From: Bacteroidales bacterium
Lineage (GTDB): Bacteria > Bacteroidota > Bacteroidia > Bacteroidales > UBA10428
Reading direction: 5' to 3'
NCBI GenBank assembly: GCA_016926375.1
Contig: JAFGOR010000101.1
Coordinates: 1 to 57,181 of the forward strand
Length of the DNA: 57,181 nucleotides
Each line of letters begins with the position of its first letter. The first letter of the stretch is position 1. Positions 18,771 to 28,826 of this stretch are shown one piece after another. The notes beneath the pieces were generated by a model. It did not search any database and was not told where the DNA came from. It was given only the letters and a program-made list of their open reading frames with translations. A program made the translations under genes and the position numbers.

Positions 18771-19565
18771 ATCTCTTTTCCTCAGTAACAGATTGATCAG
18801 GTAAATGAAAAGAACCATGTAAAGTAACACAATTGCTGTTTCCTTTAGCGAAACATAATCCTGGACCTCGCGCAATGCATATTTCCCAAAAGGCATGTGT
18901 ATCAGGTTGTTGATTGCTTTTATCGGGAAGAGCCCCTTTACCCAGGCCACATCAATCCGGAGAACAACAATGGGCTCTATGATTATGGTGTACAGAAACA
19001 TCAGTCCCATGGCCAATCCAGTTCTTTTGATAAGCAGGCCAATGAGCAGTGCAAATATCAGGTAGGCAGTCAGCAACAGAAAATAGGCAGGAACAAAGCC
19101 GGAATATTTAATGAGGTAGTGAAGCTGGATGTCGGGTGTGCTCAACATTCCGATGACCAAGCCGGCAATAAAAATAAAAAGGGTTGAGGCCAGGGACAGC
19201 AGCACAACCAGGAACAATTTGGATTTAATGAAGTCGGCCCTGCTCAAACCGTTCATGATATTCTGCCTGAGCGTGCTGTAACTTATTTCGCTGGTTATGG
19301 AAATGATCACATATATTGCCAGAATGAACTTGAGGTATCCGGCCACATATGTGATGTTGTGCCATATGTCGGGAAATTGGTAGATGGGTATGTTGGAAGG
19401 GTCAACCAGTTTGGAGAAGGATTCGCCGTTAAGCGAAATGGACTTGAGGAACATCTTGCCGCTCAGAATAACCAGCAGAACAATGCCGACATGCAGGCTG
19501 GTAAGTACCCAAAATGAGGCGTTGGATTTAATTTTTATCAGTTCAATTCGGAAAAGCCTTTTCAT
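18765..19565 (-). CDS. ABC-2 type transporter permease
   Basis: About 6 hydrophobic helices; E...T.RQNI..GLSR; C-terminal KRDL. Confidence 0.85.
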   Translation of the reverse strand: MKRLFRIELIKIKSNASFWVLTSLHVGIVLLVILSGKMFLKSISLNGESFSKLVDPSNIPIYQFPDIWHNITYVAGYLKFILAIYVIISITSEISYSTLRQNIMNGLSRADFIKSKLFLVVLLSLASTLFIFIAGLVIGMLSTPDIQLHYLIKYSGFVPAYFLLLTAYLIFALLIGLLIKRTGLAMGLMFLYTIIIEPIVVLRIDVAWVKGLFPIKAINNLIHMPFGKYALREVQDYVSLKETAIVLLYMVLFIYLINLLLRKRDL

Positions 19566-20491
19566 GCCGGTTCATTTAATATTTCAAGGAATTGTGTTTC
19601 AAGTGATTTTTTCAGAGAAACCAGGTGGGTAATGAAGATGCCGCGTTCAAAAACAAAGCGGCTGACTTCACCAATCTGAATCGCTCCCGGCAGGGTTATG
19701 GTAATTGTATCACCGGTGGTTTCAATTTTTTTTGTACCAGGAAAACTTTCCAGAACTGTCTTCAGGTTGGTCATGTTTTCAGCAGCCATTTCCAGGCGTT
19801 GTTCATCCAGTTTGGTTTCGTTAACCGGACCGGAATGCAAGAGCTGTCCTTTGTTCAGCACAGCAAAATGGGTGCATACTTTCTGAACCTCATCCAGCAA
19901 ATGGCTGGCCAGGATAATTGTTTTACCCCGGGCGGCAATATCCCGGATCAGTTCCCTGATTTCGGCTATCCCACGGGGATCCAAACCGTTAGTTGGTTCA
20001 TCGAGTATCATCACCAGGGGGTCGCAAAGCAGCGCAGATGCCAGGGCCAGTCGTTGCTTCATGCCCAGCGAAAAAGTGCTGAAGGCACTGTTCCTGCGGT
20101 CATACAAGCCTGTAATCTGCAATACTTCATGGATATTCTCATACCCGATGGCTTTGATCTCAGCTACAATCTTCAGGTTATCCACAGCCGAGAGATAGGG
20201 GTAAAATGCCGGTGTTTCAAGTATTGAGCCAATTGTCTGCCGGGTTTCCTTATCGGGCTTTTTCCCAAACCAACTGTAGGATCCGCTGGTTGGATTAATC
20301 ACATCCAGCAGCATGCCCAGTGTTGTGGTTTTGCCACTGCCGTTGGGGCCCAGGATTCCGAAAACACTTTTTTCAGGAATGCTCAATGTCAGCTTGTCAA
20401 CAGCCTTTATTACCCCGTAATATTTGGTAAGGCCATTGGTGGTTACAACGTTGTTCAAATTATTTGTATTAGGATGGTTTTCAGGTTGCAT
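19562..20491 (-). CDS. ABC transporter ATP-binding protein
   Basis: GPNGSGKTT, FSLGMKQR, LDEPTNGLDP and SHLL motifs. Confidence 0.93.
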   Translation of the reverse strand: MQPENHPNTNNLNNVVTTNGLTKYYGVIKAVDKLTLSIPEKSVFGILGPNGSGKTTTLGMLLDVINPTSGSYSWFGKKPDKETRQTIGSILETPAFYPYLSAVDNLKIVAEIKAIGYENIHEVLQITGLYDRRNSAFSTFSLGMKQRLALASALLCDPLVMILDEPTNGLDPRGIAEIRELIRDIAARGKTIILASHLLDEVQKVCTHFAVLNKGQLLHSGPVNETKLDEQRLEMAAENMTNLKTVLESFPGTKKIETTGDTITITLPGAIQIGEVSRFVFERGIFITHLVSLKKSLETQFLEILNEPA

Positions 20492-20960
20492 TTCCTTTGC
20501 GTAAATCAATTTTCTCCTTTAACGCCATAAATTTCTTCACATCAATCGATCCGATCAGGTCAACAAGTACCAGGCTTTCGTGGTTTTCAATCACAGCAAC
20601 AAATCCAATGGTTTTGCCTTTTTTCTCACGGTTGTACAGGTTAACAACATTGCCCTTTTCATTGATCATCATGATAACCTGATATTCTTCATCGGTAAGT
20701 GATTTTTTCAGTGCGGCTATATCCTTGGTGCTTACACTGACTGTTGCCTTACTGTAATTCAGCACCCTGATTTCTTCAATGTCTTTGATAATGTCGGCCA
20801 ACTCCGGGCTATTTTCCGCGTTCAGCATTTTTAGGGTACTGCTGTAGAAAAACATGTTGGAGGTTTCCTTAAAGTCCGATCTGAACCGGGTAATGCTTTT
20901 GCTTTGGCCACATACGCCAATAGTGACCGCCAACAAAAGCAGCATGAAAGCATATTTCAT
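20481..20960 (-). CDS. Exported protein, DUF4252-like
   Basis: Signal peptide; I.EIRVL and LVLVDLIGSID patterns typical of DUF4252. Confidence 0.6.
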   Translation of the reverse strand: MKYAFMLLLLAVTIGVCGQSKSITRFRSDFKETSNMFFYSSTLKMLNAENSPELADIIKDIEEIRVLNYSKATVSVSTKDIAALKKSLTDEEYQVIMMINEKGNVVNLYNREKKGKTIGFVAVIENHESLVLVDLIGSIDVKKFMALKEKIDLRKGNAT

Positions 20961-21041
20961 AACAGCTATTTTAATAGTAAGACGAATGAACCTGGTGAAA
21001 ATTACAAAAAATATTCAAATAAAAACCAAGACTGAAGATAT

Positions 21042-21158
21042 TGGCAGTAGCAGTGGCAACGGCAGTAGCAGTCAACTCCCAACTCCCACGCATCCAGTAT
21101 CCAATATCCAGTATCCAGTACCTGCCTGCCGGAGCGGCAGCGCAGGCAGGTCCAGCAA
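21042..21158 (+). repeat. Hexamer (TRGCAG) and heptamer (ATCCAGT) arrays with inserted 30-bp CCTGCC hairpin (21121-21150)
   Basis: Read directly; the insert is identical to 8808-8837. Confidence 0.85.
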
Positions 21159-23441
21159 CTACAACCTGATAATTTCCCTGGTGCAGGTTTGTGCGTCAAT
21201 GACTGTGATGGCTGCCATGTTCACTATTTCGCGCACCGAGCTTGCCATTTGCATTACCTGGATTGGTCTGTTAAGCCCCGTAAGAATCGGTCCGATTACT
21301 TCTGCACCTCCCAGTTCCTGCATCATTTTATAGGCAATGTTTCCCGAATTCAGATCGGGGAAGATTACGGTGTTGACATCCATATCGCCCAGCTTGCTGA
21401 AAGGGAATTTCTCCTGCCTTAGTTTTTTGTTGAACGCATAATTGGCCTGCATTTCGCCGTCAACAATCAATTCGGGGTAATCGCGATGCAGTATGGCAAC
21501 AGCCTCACGAACCGTATCCGGACTTTCATGGCGGTTTGATCCGAAATTGGAATAAGACAGCATGGCAATACGCGGTACCATGTCGAACTTTTTAACCTCA
21601 TTGGCTGTAAGTAACGTGGTGTCGGCCAGCATACGGGCAGTGGGGTTGATGTTTACGGTTGTGTCAGCAAAGAAGAAAGGTCCCCTTTTAGTAAGTACAA
21701 TATACATGCCGGCTATGTGGTTCAGACTGTTATTGGTGCCCGCAACCTGAAGCGCCGGCCTGATGGTGTTTGCATAGCGGCTTGAAAAACCGGCAAGAAA
21801 TCCGTCTGCTTCACCTGATTCCACCATGATCACGCCGAAGTAATTCGGATCATGCACCTTTTCCAATGCTTCTTCATAGGTCATCCCTTTCCGCTGCCTT
21901 TTTTCAAAAAGGATTTGCGCGTAGCGTTTTCTTCTGTCTTCTTCAACCGCACTATGAATGTCAATAACAGGGACTTCTAATTCAATATGATGGCTCAGGG
22001 CAAGCTCCCTGATTTCTTTTTCATTTCCCAACAGCACAGGGTTGGCAATTCCTTCGTTAATCACATTCTGAACAGCTTTCAGTACTTTCAGGTTGTTGGC
22101 ATCGGCAAAAACAATAGTCTTCGCAGTCTGCCGTGCACGGTTTCTGATGTCGTCCACCAGTTTATCATACAGGCCCATTCGTTTCATGAGCTCAATTTCG
22201 TATGCCTTCCAGTCGGTAATGGCTGTACGTGCTACTCCGGTTTCCATGGCAGCGCGGGCAACAGCAGGGGCAACTCTTGTGATCAGCCGCGGGTCAAGAG
22301 GTTTGGGTATAAGATATTCTCTGCCAAATTGCAGGTTGCTTACTTTATAAGCTGTGTTAACCTGTTCGGGAACAGCTTCCTTGGCAAGACCGGCCAATGC
22401 ATACACAGCGGCCAGTTTCATTTCTTCGTTAATGGTTTTGGCGCGCACATCAAGGGCTCCCCTGAATATAAAAGGAAAACCCAGTACATTGTTGATCTGG
22501 TTCGGATAATCGCTCCTTCCGGTGGCAATGATCACATCTTTTCGGGCATCAACCGCATCTTCGTATGATATTTCCGGGGTGGGGTTGGCCATGGCAAATA
22601 CAACCGGGTCAGAAGCCATGGAACGCAACATATCCTTTGTCATTACATTTCCTGTTGAGAGTCCAAGGAACATGTCGGCACCCTTTAAAGCCTCAGCAAG
22701 CGTGGATATGTTAAGGTCCCGGGCGAATTCCAGCTTGTATTTGTTCAGGTCAGTCCGGCTTGTGGAACATACGCCTTTGCTGTCGAGCATGGTGATGTTT
22801 TCCGGCCTAACACCAAGTTTCTTGTACAAACGGGCGCAGGAAATGGCAGAAGCACCGGCCCCGTTGATCACCACCCTGATATTTTCAATCTTCTTGCCGG
22901 TAATTTCCAGTGAATTCAACAATCCTGCCGCGGAAATAATGGCTGTACCATGCTGGTCATCATGAAAAACAGGGATATCAAGCTCTTTTTTCAACCGTTC
23001 TTCAACCTCAAAGCATTCAGGAGCCTTGATGTCCTCCAGGTTAATGCCTCCGAAGGTGGGGGAAATGGCCCTGATCGTTGCGATCAGCTTTTCAACATCT
23101 TTCTCGTTTACCTCGATATCAAAAACATCCACGTCAGCAAATACCTTGAAAAGCAATCCTTTTCCTTCCATAACGGGTTTTCCGGCCAGTGTTCCTATAT
23201 CGCCCAGACCCAGCACTGCCGTGCCGTTTGAAATTACGGCCACCAGGTTGCACTTGGATGTATAGATATAGGCATCATCCGGATTTTTCTGGATTTCCAG
23301 GCAGGGTTCGGCAACTCCCGGGGTATAAGCCAGGGACAGGTCGTATTGCGTATTGTACGGCTTGGTAGGAATCACTTCTATCTTTCCGGGCCTGCCGCAT
23401 GAATGGTAATGCAGCGCTTCTTCACGGGTTACTTTTGGCAT
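21159..23441 (-). CDS. maeB: NADP-dependent malic enzyme with PTA-like C-terminal domain
   Basis: [25 protein letters not shown] and [10 protein letters not shown] motifs; PTA-like DGEMQ..GNIAYK; 760 aa. Confidence 0.95.
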   Translation of the reverse strand: MPKVTREEALHYHSCGRPGKIEVIPTKPYNTQYDLSLAYTPGVAEPCLEIQKNPDDAYIYTSKCNLVAVISNGTAVLGLGDIGTLAGKPVMEGKGLLFKVFADVDVFDIEVNEKDVEKLIATIRAISPTFGGINLEDIKAPECFEVEERLKKELDIPVFHDDQHGTAIISAAGLLNSLEITGKKIENIRVVINGAGASAISCARLYKKLGVRPENITMLDSKGVCSTSRTDLNKYKLEFARDLNISTLAEALKGADMFLGLSTGNVMTKDMLRSMASDPVVFAMANPTPEISYEDAVDARKDVIIATGRSDYPNQINNVLGFPFIFRGALDVRAKTINEEMKLAAVYALAGLAKEAVPEQVNTAYKVSNLQFGREYLIPKPLDPRLITRVAPAVARAAMETGVARTAITDWKAYEIELMKRMGLYDKLVDDIRNRARQTAKTIVFADANNLKVLKAVQNVINEGIANPVLLGNEKEIRELALSHHIELEVPVIDIHSAVEEDRRKRYAQILFEKRQRKGMTYEEALEKVHDPNYFGVIMVESGEADGFLAGFSSRYANTIRPALQVAGTNNSLNHIAGMYIVLTKRGPFFFADTTVNINPTARMLADTTLLTANEVKKFDMVPRIAMLSYSNFGSNRHESPDTVREAVAILHRDYPELIVDGEMQANYAFNKKLRQEKFPFSKLGDMDVNTVIFPDLNSGNIAYKMMQELGGAEVIGPILTGLNRPIQVMQMASSVREIVNMAAITVIDAQTCTREIIRL

Positions 23442-23481
23442 GGTTTTATAGGTTATATGTTGAATGATGTATGTTGTTTCA

Positions 23482-23546
23482 CCCGCCTAAGCTTTAGCGG
23501 AGGCAGGTCTTTTAAGTCTACTAAGTCTACTAAGTCTACTAAGTCT
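23482..23546 (-). repeat. REP-like hairpin (inverse of 7239-7264) followed by (TAAGTCTAC)x3+
   Basis: Read directly. Confidence 0.75.
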
Positions 23547-23635
23547 TTTACGACAGGAAACCTTGGGTAAGGTTGTGAGATAAGTTACGAAAAATTAAAA
23601 GATAAAGAAAGGATATTTGTCTGGTCAGGTTAATG

Positions 23636-23738
23636 GAGCCAGGCTTGCCTGCCGGCGGGCAGGAGCCAAGCCTGCCTGCCGGCAGGAGCCAATGGCTAAC
23701 CTGCCTACCGGCAGGCAGGTAGCTAATAGCCAATAGCT
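23636..23738 (+). repeat. Three CCTGCCTGCCGGCAGGCAGG-type palindromes within an AGCCAAT heptamer array
   Basis: Copies at 23644-23663, 23671-23686 (partial) and 23700-23719. Confidence 0.8.
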
Positions 23739-23745
23739 GGTGATG

Positions 23746-26700
23746 TCAGGGATTGACTTCCAGCAGCTTCAGGTAGCCGTTGTTAATGGCAAACAGCAAC
23801 CCTTCTTTTCCGGAGGCCAGCTTGATTTTTCCTATAGCCTTTACCTCTCCCCGCACACACAAGCCGCTTTCAGCCGGTGGAATGGCTCTGATGTTCCCTT
23901 TGGAATCTGCCTTCAAAACAAGCCCTATACTGGCATCATTCCGGGGTGTTGCGCTTTCCGATGCATAAAAATTGCCGGCAATAACAAATGCAGTTTCATT
24001 ACCGTCATAATTAATTGCTGCCGTTGCATTCACCGAAGAAATTTGAGCCCAGTTGGGCAATGGATGCATTGAGAAGTTGCCATTTCCCTGATTCTCAATC
24101 CAATAATGCGCAAATGTATTGGTTGTGTAGTGCAATGAGGCATTCAGCATGACTTCACCATAAATATCCTCAAGCGTAGCACTGGCAAAATCCTTATAAG
24201 TGGCAAACCTGAGTTTGACTACAGGTATCTGTTTGGATGTGGCATCAAAATCATGCGCGGGGTAACGTGTTCCGTTCTCCCCGTAAGCCATAACGATATC
24301 ATTTCTTCCATCCACGTCAAAATCATTGATAAAGACTTCAAAAGGCTCTTCTTTACTTGTTTTATATTTATAATTCAAACCCAGGTTACCGGCTACAAAA
24401 TCTGTGTCGCCATCCTTGTCCATATCGATGGATTGAATGCTGTACCACCAGCCAACGGTTTCACCAAAGCCTTTTTTTATGGTTACATCTGTAAATCCGG
24501 CATCAGTATTCTCAAAAAAGCAGATTTTCATCCATTCACCCACCACAATCAGGTCCATATCCTGATCGCCATCGAAGTCGTTCCATAAGGCATCGGTCAC
24601 CAGCCCGATCTGACTTAATGCCGGTGCCACCTGACTGGTCACGTTATCAAACCTCAGTTCCGATCCTTTTTTGCCATTATTTCTCAAAACATAACTGTTG
24701 GCGGGGTAAGGGTAATTTCCGGGCACTATGCGGCCGCCCACAAACAGATCCAGATCACCGTCGCGATCATAATCAGCAGCTTTTACGCATTTTCCGCTTA
24801 TATTCAAATCTGCAGGAAGGGCATTTGAGCTCTTTTCAAACCCTTTTCCTGTGTTCAGGTACAATCTGTCCTGATAGAATTCCGTAGGCTTTCTGATATC
24901 GTTTCCTCCGCTTACCACATATAAGTCTGTTTTGCCGTCACCATCTGCATCAAACAGCAATGCTCCCGTATCTTCAAAGTTTTTATCGTTGTTCCATGGT
25001 CCGGACATTTCCTTAAAGGCACCTGTTTCTGTTTGCAGATACATGGCTGCTTTTGACCCCTGGGCATTGCCGATAAAGAAGTCGTCAAGGCCGTCACCGT
25101 TGACATCACCGGTAGCCAGTCCGGGACCCATTTGCGAGTTTTTATGGGGTAGGAGTTCTTCAGTCAGAAAATCATCAAAGTCATCCTCCGTGTGCCTGAA
25201 GTTGATCCCGGATGCAATGGTAATGTCTCTGAAGTGTTGTTTCTTTTCAGGAGCAGCCGGCTTAACCTTATCGGCATTTTTATAGGATAATTTCAGGGTT
25301 TGGTTTGCCTGTATATTTTTAAGAATCTGCATTTTGTTGTCGGGCCAAACTATGGTTAACTCATCAATGGTGTCGTGCTGAGCCAGGCCAAAATGCAGGG
25401 TTGCAGGCACACTCGACTGGTATCCGCGGGTCAGGGTCAGTTCCTGGTATTGCGTTATATCTTTGGTTTTCACCGTGATGATGCTTCCCAGGCCAAATAA
25501 ATTGTGATCGGGACCAGCCAGGTTGATTTTGATAAAATGGTTATTGGTACTGTTTGCAGCCCTGTTTTCATAAATGGCTGAAACTTCATTCACATTGCAG
25601 ACCACAACATCCAGGTCTCCGTCGTTGTCGAAGTCGGAATACGACATGCCGTTGGCAAGTGTTGGCTCCTCAAAACCCCATGCTACTGAAACATCAGTAA
25701 ATGTAAGATCACCATTGTTTTTGTAAACATAGTTTCTCACGGGCGTACTGGGAAAGAGTTCGGGCCGGTATTCTTTAACCTGCCTGAAGTATTCATTTTC
25801 CATAGGATCGCGAAGTATGTCGCGATCATTGATGTCTTTCAGCACGCCATTAGCAACAAAGAGATCCTTATAGCCGTCGTTATCCAAATCCAGAAAAGTT
25901 CCGCCCCAGCTCCAGTCGGTATAAGCCGTACCGGCAAACAGGGTGATGTTGCTGTAAACCGGGATGCTGTCGAAAATGCCGTTGTTGATCTGCAGTGAGT
26001 TCTGCATATACTGGTAATGAAAGCCGAATCCAATACTTTTATTGAATGTTTCACGTCGCATGGGCATCACATTCACAACCCTGCGGAAATGATCCTCCGG
26101 GGTCATGTCTATCTGGAACATGTCAACCAGTCCGTCGTTATTGACGTCGGCTGCATCGAAACCCATCCCGAAAATAGATGTTTGAAAGGTAGCCTCTTTC
26201 ACCACTTCCCTGAATGTGCCGTTGCCATTGTTCAGGTAAAAGCGATCGGGCGGATTGAAGTCATTGGAAATATAAAGATCCTTCCATCCGTCGTTGTTAT
26301 AATCCATAGCCACAACACCAATCGACATACCGAAATTTCTCACGCCGGCTTCATCAGTGACATCAGTGAAGGTCCCGTTCCCGTTGTTTCTAAATAAGTG
26401 GCCTGATTCTTCCAAATTATTCTCAGTGACTTTATTATAATAGAAATCAGCACCTTGGCTCACCAGAACAATGGGGTAATTGGCCACAAAAAGATCAAGA
26501 AAACCATCGTTGTTATAGTCAAAGAAGGTTGCCTGAACTGAAGAGCTATTGTCGTTGATGCCGTATGTTTTGCCACTTTCCGTGAAGGTGTTGTTTTTGT
26601 TGTTGATAAACAATAAATTATCCGAAGGCGGGTATTTTCCTGAAACGCAAACGTATATGTCGAGCCAGCCGTCGTTATTTACATCGGCCATGGTTGATCC

Positions 26701-27033
26701 GGTAAACCACTGGTGATTACCCATAATTCCCGCTTGCTCGGAAATATCTTCAAACTTCATATTTCCCTTATTCAAATAGAGCCTGCTGGGAACAAGGTTG
26801 CCTGTGAAGAAGATATCATCGAGTCCGTCGTTGTTGATATCGCCCACCGAAACGCCGCATCCCATATACATGTATGGAAAAATGGTGTAGTTCAGGGTGT
26901 CATTTTCAATCAACTCATTCAGAAAGTCAATACCTGTTTTGGATGGGGAAAGTTTTTTGAATGGTTCTTTGGAAAACTTATCACACGACAACAGCAAAAG
27001 ACAAGTAAGGAGTATGATGAAAGAGGACTTCAT
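23746..27033 (-). CDS. FG-GAP/VCBS-repeat lipoprotein with central ASPIC/UnbV domain (CRTAC1-like), copy B
   Basis: Lipobox LLSC; many DxNxDGxxD repeats; RGYQSS...LHFGL...IVWPD ASPIC motif. Confidence 0.88.
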   Translation of the reverse strand: MKSSFIILLTCLLLLSCDKFSKEPFKKLSPSKTGIDFLNELIENDTLNYTIFPYMYMGCGVSVGDINNDGLDDIFFTGNLVPSRLYLNKGNMKFEDISEQAGIMGNHQWFTGSTMADVNNDGWLDIYVCVSGKYPPSDNLLFINNKNNTFTESGKTYGINDNSSSVQATFFDYNNDGFLDLFVANYPIVLVSQGADFYYNKVTENNLEESGHLFRNNGNGTFTDVTDEAGVRNFGMSIGVVAMDYNNDGWKDLYISNDFNPPDRFYLNNGNGTFREVVKEATFQTSIFGMGFDAADVNNDGLVDMFQIDMTPEDHFRRVVNVMPMRRETFNKSIGFGFHYQYMQNSLQINNGIFDSIPVYSNITLFAGTAYTDWSWGGTFLDLDNDGYKDLFVANGVLKDINDRDILRDPMENEYFRQVKEYRPELFPSTPVRNYVYKNNGDLTFTDVSVAWGFEEPTLANGMSYSDFDNDGDLDVVVCNVNEVSAIYENRAANSTNNHFIKINLAGPDHNLFGLGSIITVKTKDITQYQELTLTRGYQSSVPATLHFGLAQHDTIDELTIVWPDNKMQILKNIQANQTLKLSYKNADKVKPAAPEKKQHFRDITIASGINFRHTEDDFDDFLTEELLPHKNSQMGPGLATGDVNGDGLDDFFIGNAQGSKAAMYLQTETGAFKEMSGPWNNDKNFEDTGALLFDADGDGKTDLYVVSGGNDIRKPTEFYQDRLYLNTGKGFEKSSNALPADLNISGKCVKAADYDRDGDLDLFVGGRIVPGNYPYPANSYVLRNNGKKGSELRFDNVTSQVAPALSQIGLVTDALWNDFDGDQDMDLIVVGEWMKICFFENTDAGFTDVTIKKGFGETVGWWYSIQSIDMDKDGDTDFVAGNLGLNYKYKTSKEEPFEVFINDFDVDGRNDIVMAYGENGTRYPAHDFDATSKQIPVVKLRFATYKDFASATLEDIYGEVMLNASLHYTTNTFAHYWIENQGNGNFSMHPLPNWAQISSVNATAAINYDGNETAFVIAGNFYASESATPRNDASIGLVLKADSKGNIRAIPPAESGLCVRGEVKAIGKIKLASGKEGLLFAINNGYLKLLEVNP

Positions 27034-27089
27034 GTTTATTGTATATATTGGGTTGCGAGGGCCGAATATATTACAATTATTTTGAAAAA

Positions 27090-28727
27090 TCAGTATCCCG
27101 GATTCTGATCCTCCTTGTTTATGTTAGGATTCAAATCAATTTCAGATTGTGGAATGGGCCAGAGCTCATGTATGGCCGGATCAAAGTCTATGGCATCCTT
27201 ATGATATCCTGGTAAAAAAGGCTTTATTTCGTTGTTGATGAATGCTTCAAGCCTGCGCCATCTTACCAGGTCATCGAACCGGACTTGTTCACTGCAAAGT
27301 TCCACTTTACGTTCATGTTCAATGGCTATTCTGATCTGTTCTTTGGTGGAAACAGGATAAATGTTATCCATTGCCGGGGTTCCGTAATTGGGCATCATGA
27401 CATCTGCTCTGTTTCTAACCTGATTTATATAATCCACCGCTGCATCAAGATTACCCAATTCGTTTTCTGCCTCAGCCATCATCAGGCATACATCGGATAA
27501 CCGGATTACCTTAGTATTAATTCCTGATGTATTATTTTCATACGGTCTTTTATAGTAATTCTGGTATTTCCGCCAAGCATATCTCGTATAGTGATCAACC
27601 CGCATCGTATCGGCCTCCCAATAATAAAAATCAAGAACAGGTATGTCCAAGGTTCGGGTGTTATTATCATACAAGTCACCTGTTGAATAAATGGAGTAAC
27701 CTCTTCGCGGATCAGTTTTAATTCCGTTATCGGCATCTGTTTCAAATTCATCGAAGGTGTTATGGGTGACAAAAACATTGAACCAGTTATTTACACCATA
27801 TTCCATTCCCCTGAATGTACCTTCGTTATATCCCGAACCGTCATCGGCTGCCCATATATCAGCAGTACCCAGTTCCGGTTGGAATTCAACTTCGAAAATT
27901 GATTCAATTCCATGTTCGGTTTCTTCTTCGAAATTATTCAGATAACGGTCTTCCAACCGGTAATTCACATTGTCGCTCAATACCTGAATAAAGGCATTCC
28001 TGGCAGCAGCATAATCCGCCTCACTGTTCGACTCGTTGGCCTGAAACAAATGGACTTTCCCCAAAAGAGCCCATGCTGCACCGGATGTTGCCCGTCCCTT
28101 TTCTTCAATACTCTTGGCCAGGCAATGGTTTGCTGCAATTTCCAGATCTTCTTCAATCTGGCTCCAGACTTCGGCTATTGGAGATCTTGGGAAACCTTTT
28201 TCATTTGCATTGGGGTTGACCGTAAGTAACGGAACATCACCAAACCTTGTTACCAGCAGGAAATAGTAAAGTGCCCTTAAAAAGTGTGCTTCGCCAATGT
28301 ATTTATCTTTCAATGTCTGTGACAGCTCATTTTTTGGAATCTGTTGGATGAGGCCTTCGTTATGAATAACAAAGTTGGCCCGGTTAATACCTCTGTAACA
28401 GTTTTTCCAATATTCCCCGATGGCGACGTGAGTTGCATCGAATGAAAATCGGCTATATTGCAATTTATCAGCTTCAGCCGAGGGATTCATCAACTGTTCC
28501 TGGGCCATATTATCCAGTGCAAAAAAAAGATTGCGCTGATACAATCCCCTGGTTTGCAAATTGGCATAAATAGCATTTACTGCCTGTTGAACCTGCAATT
28601 CAGTTTTAAAATATATCTCCGGGGTTAACTGGTTTGGGTTTGTTAATTCCAGTTTATCTAAATTGCACCCAAACAAAGAGAAAAGCATTAAAGCAGCAGT
28701 TGCAATAAACAAATGCTTTTTTTTCAT
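27090..28727 (-). CDS. RagB/SusD family lipoprotein, copy B (no adjacent SusC)
   Basis: Lipobox LFGC; GEAHFLRA.YYF.LV..FGDVPL, GRAT, HERKVEL and QNPGY motifs. Confidence 0.92.
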   Translation of the reverse strand: MKKKHLFIATAALMLFSLFGCNLDKLELTNPNQLTPEIYFKTELQVQQAVNAIYANLQTRGLYQRNLFFALDNMAQEQLMNPSAEADKLQYSRFSFDATHVAIGEYWKNCYRGINRANFVIHNEGLIQQIPKNELSQTLKDKYIGEAHFLRALYYFLLVTRFGDVPLLTVNPNANEKGFPRSPIAEVWSQIEEDLEIAANHCLAKSIEEKGRATSGAAWALLGKVHLFQANESNSEADYAAARNAFIQVLSDNVNYRLEDRYLNNFEEETEHGIESIFEVEFQPELGTADIWAADDGSGYNEGTFRGMEYGVNNWFNVFVTHNTFDEFETDADNGIKTDPRRGYSIYSTGDLYDNNTRTLDIPVLDFYYWEADTMRVDHYTRYAWRKYQNYYKRPYENNTSGINTKVIRLSDVCLMMAEAENELGNLDAAVDYINQVRNRADVMMPNYGTPAMDNIYPVSTKEQIRIAIEHERKVELCSEQVRFDDLVRWRRLEAFINNEIKPFLPGYHKDAIDFDPAIHELWPIPQSEIDLNPNINKEDQNPGY

Positions 28728-28826
28728 CTTCAATATTTCAATTAATATTACCCTAAAGTTATAAATATTATTCTGATATCTAATACTGTATGTGCTTAAT
28801 GAATATTGGGGGCCCTTATAGATCTG

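Noticed and set aside
7199-23738. Short tandem repeats as a possible CRISPR array
   Set aside because: Units are 6-9 bp without unique spacers, the palindromes are dispersed, and no cas genes are present.
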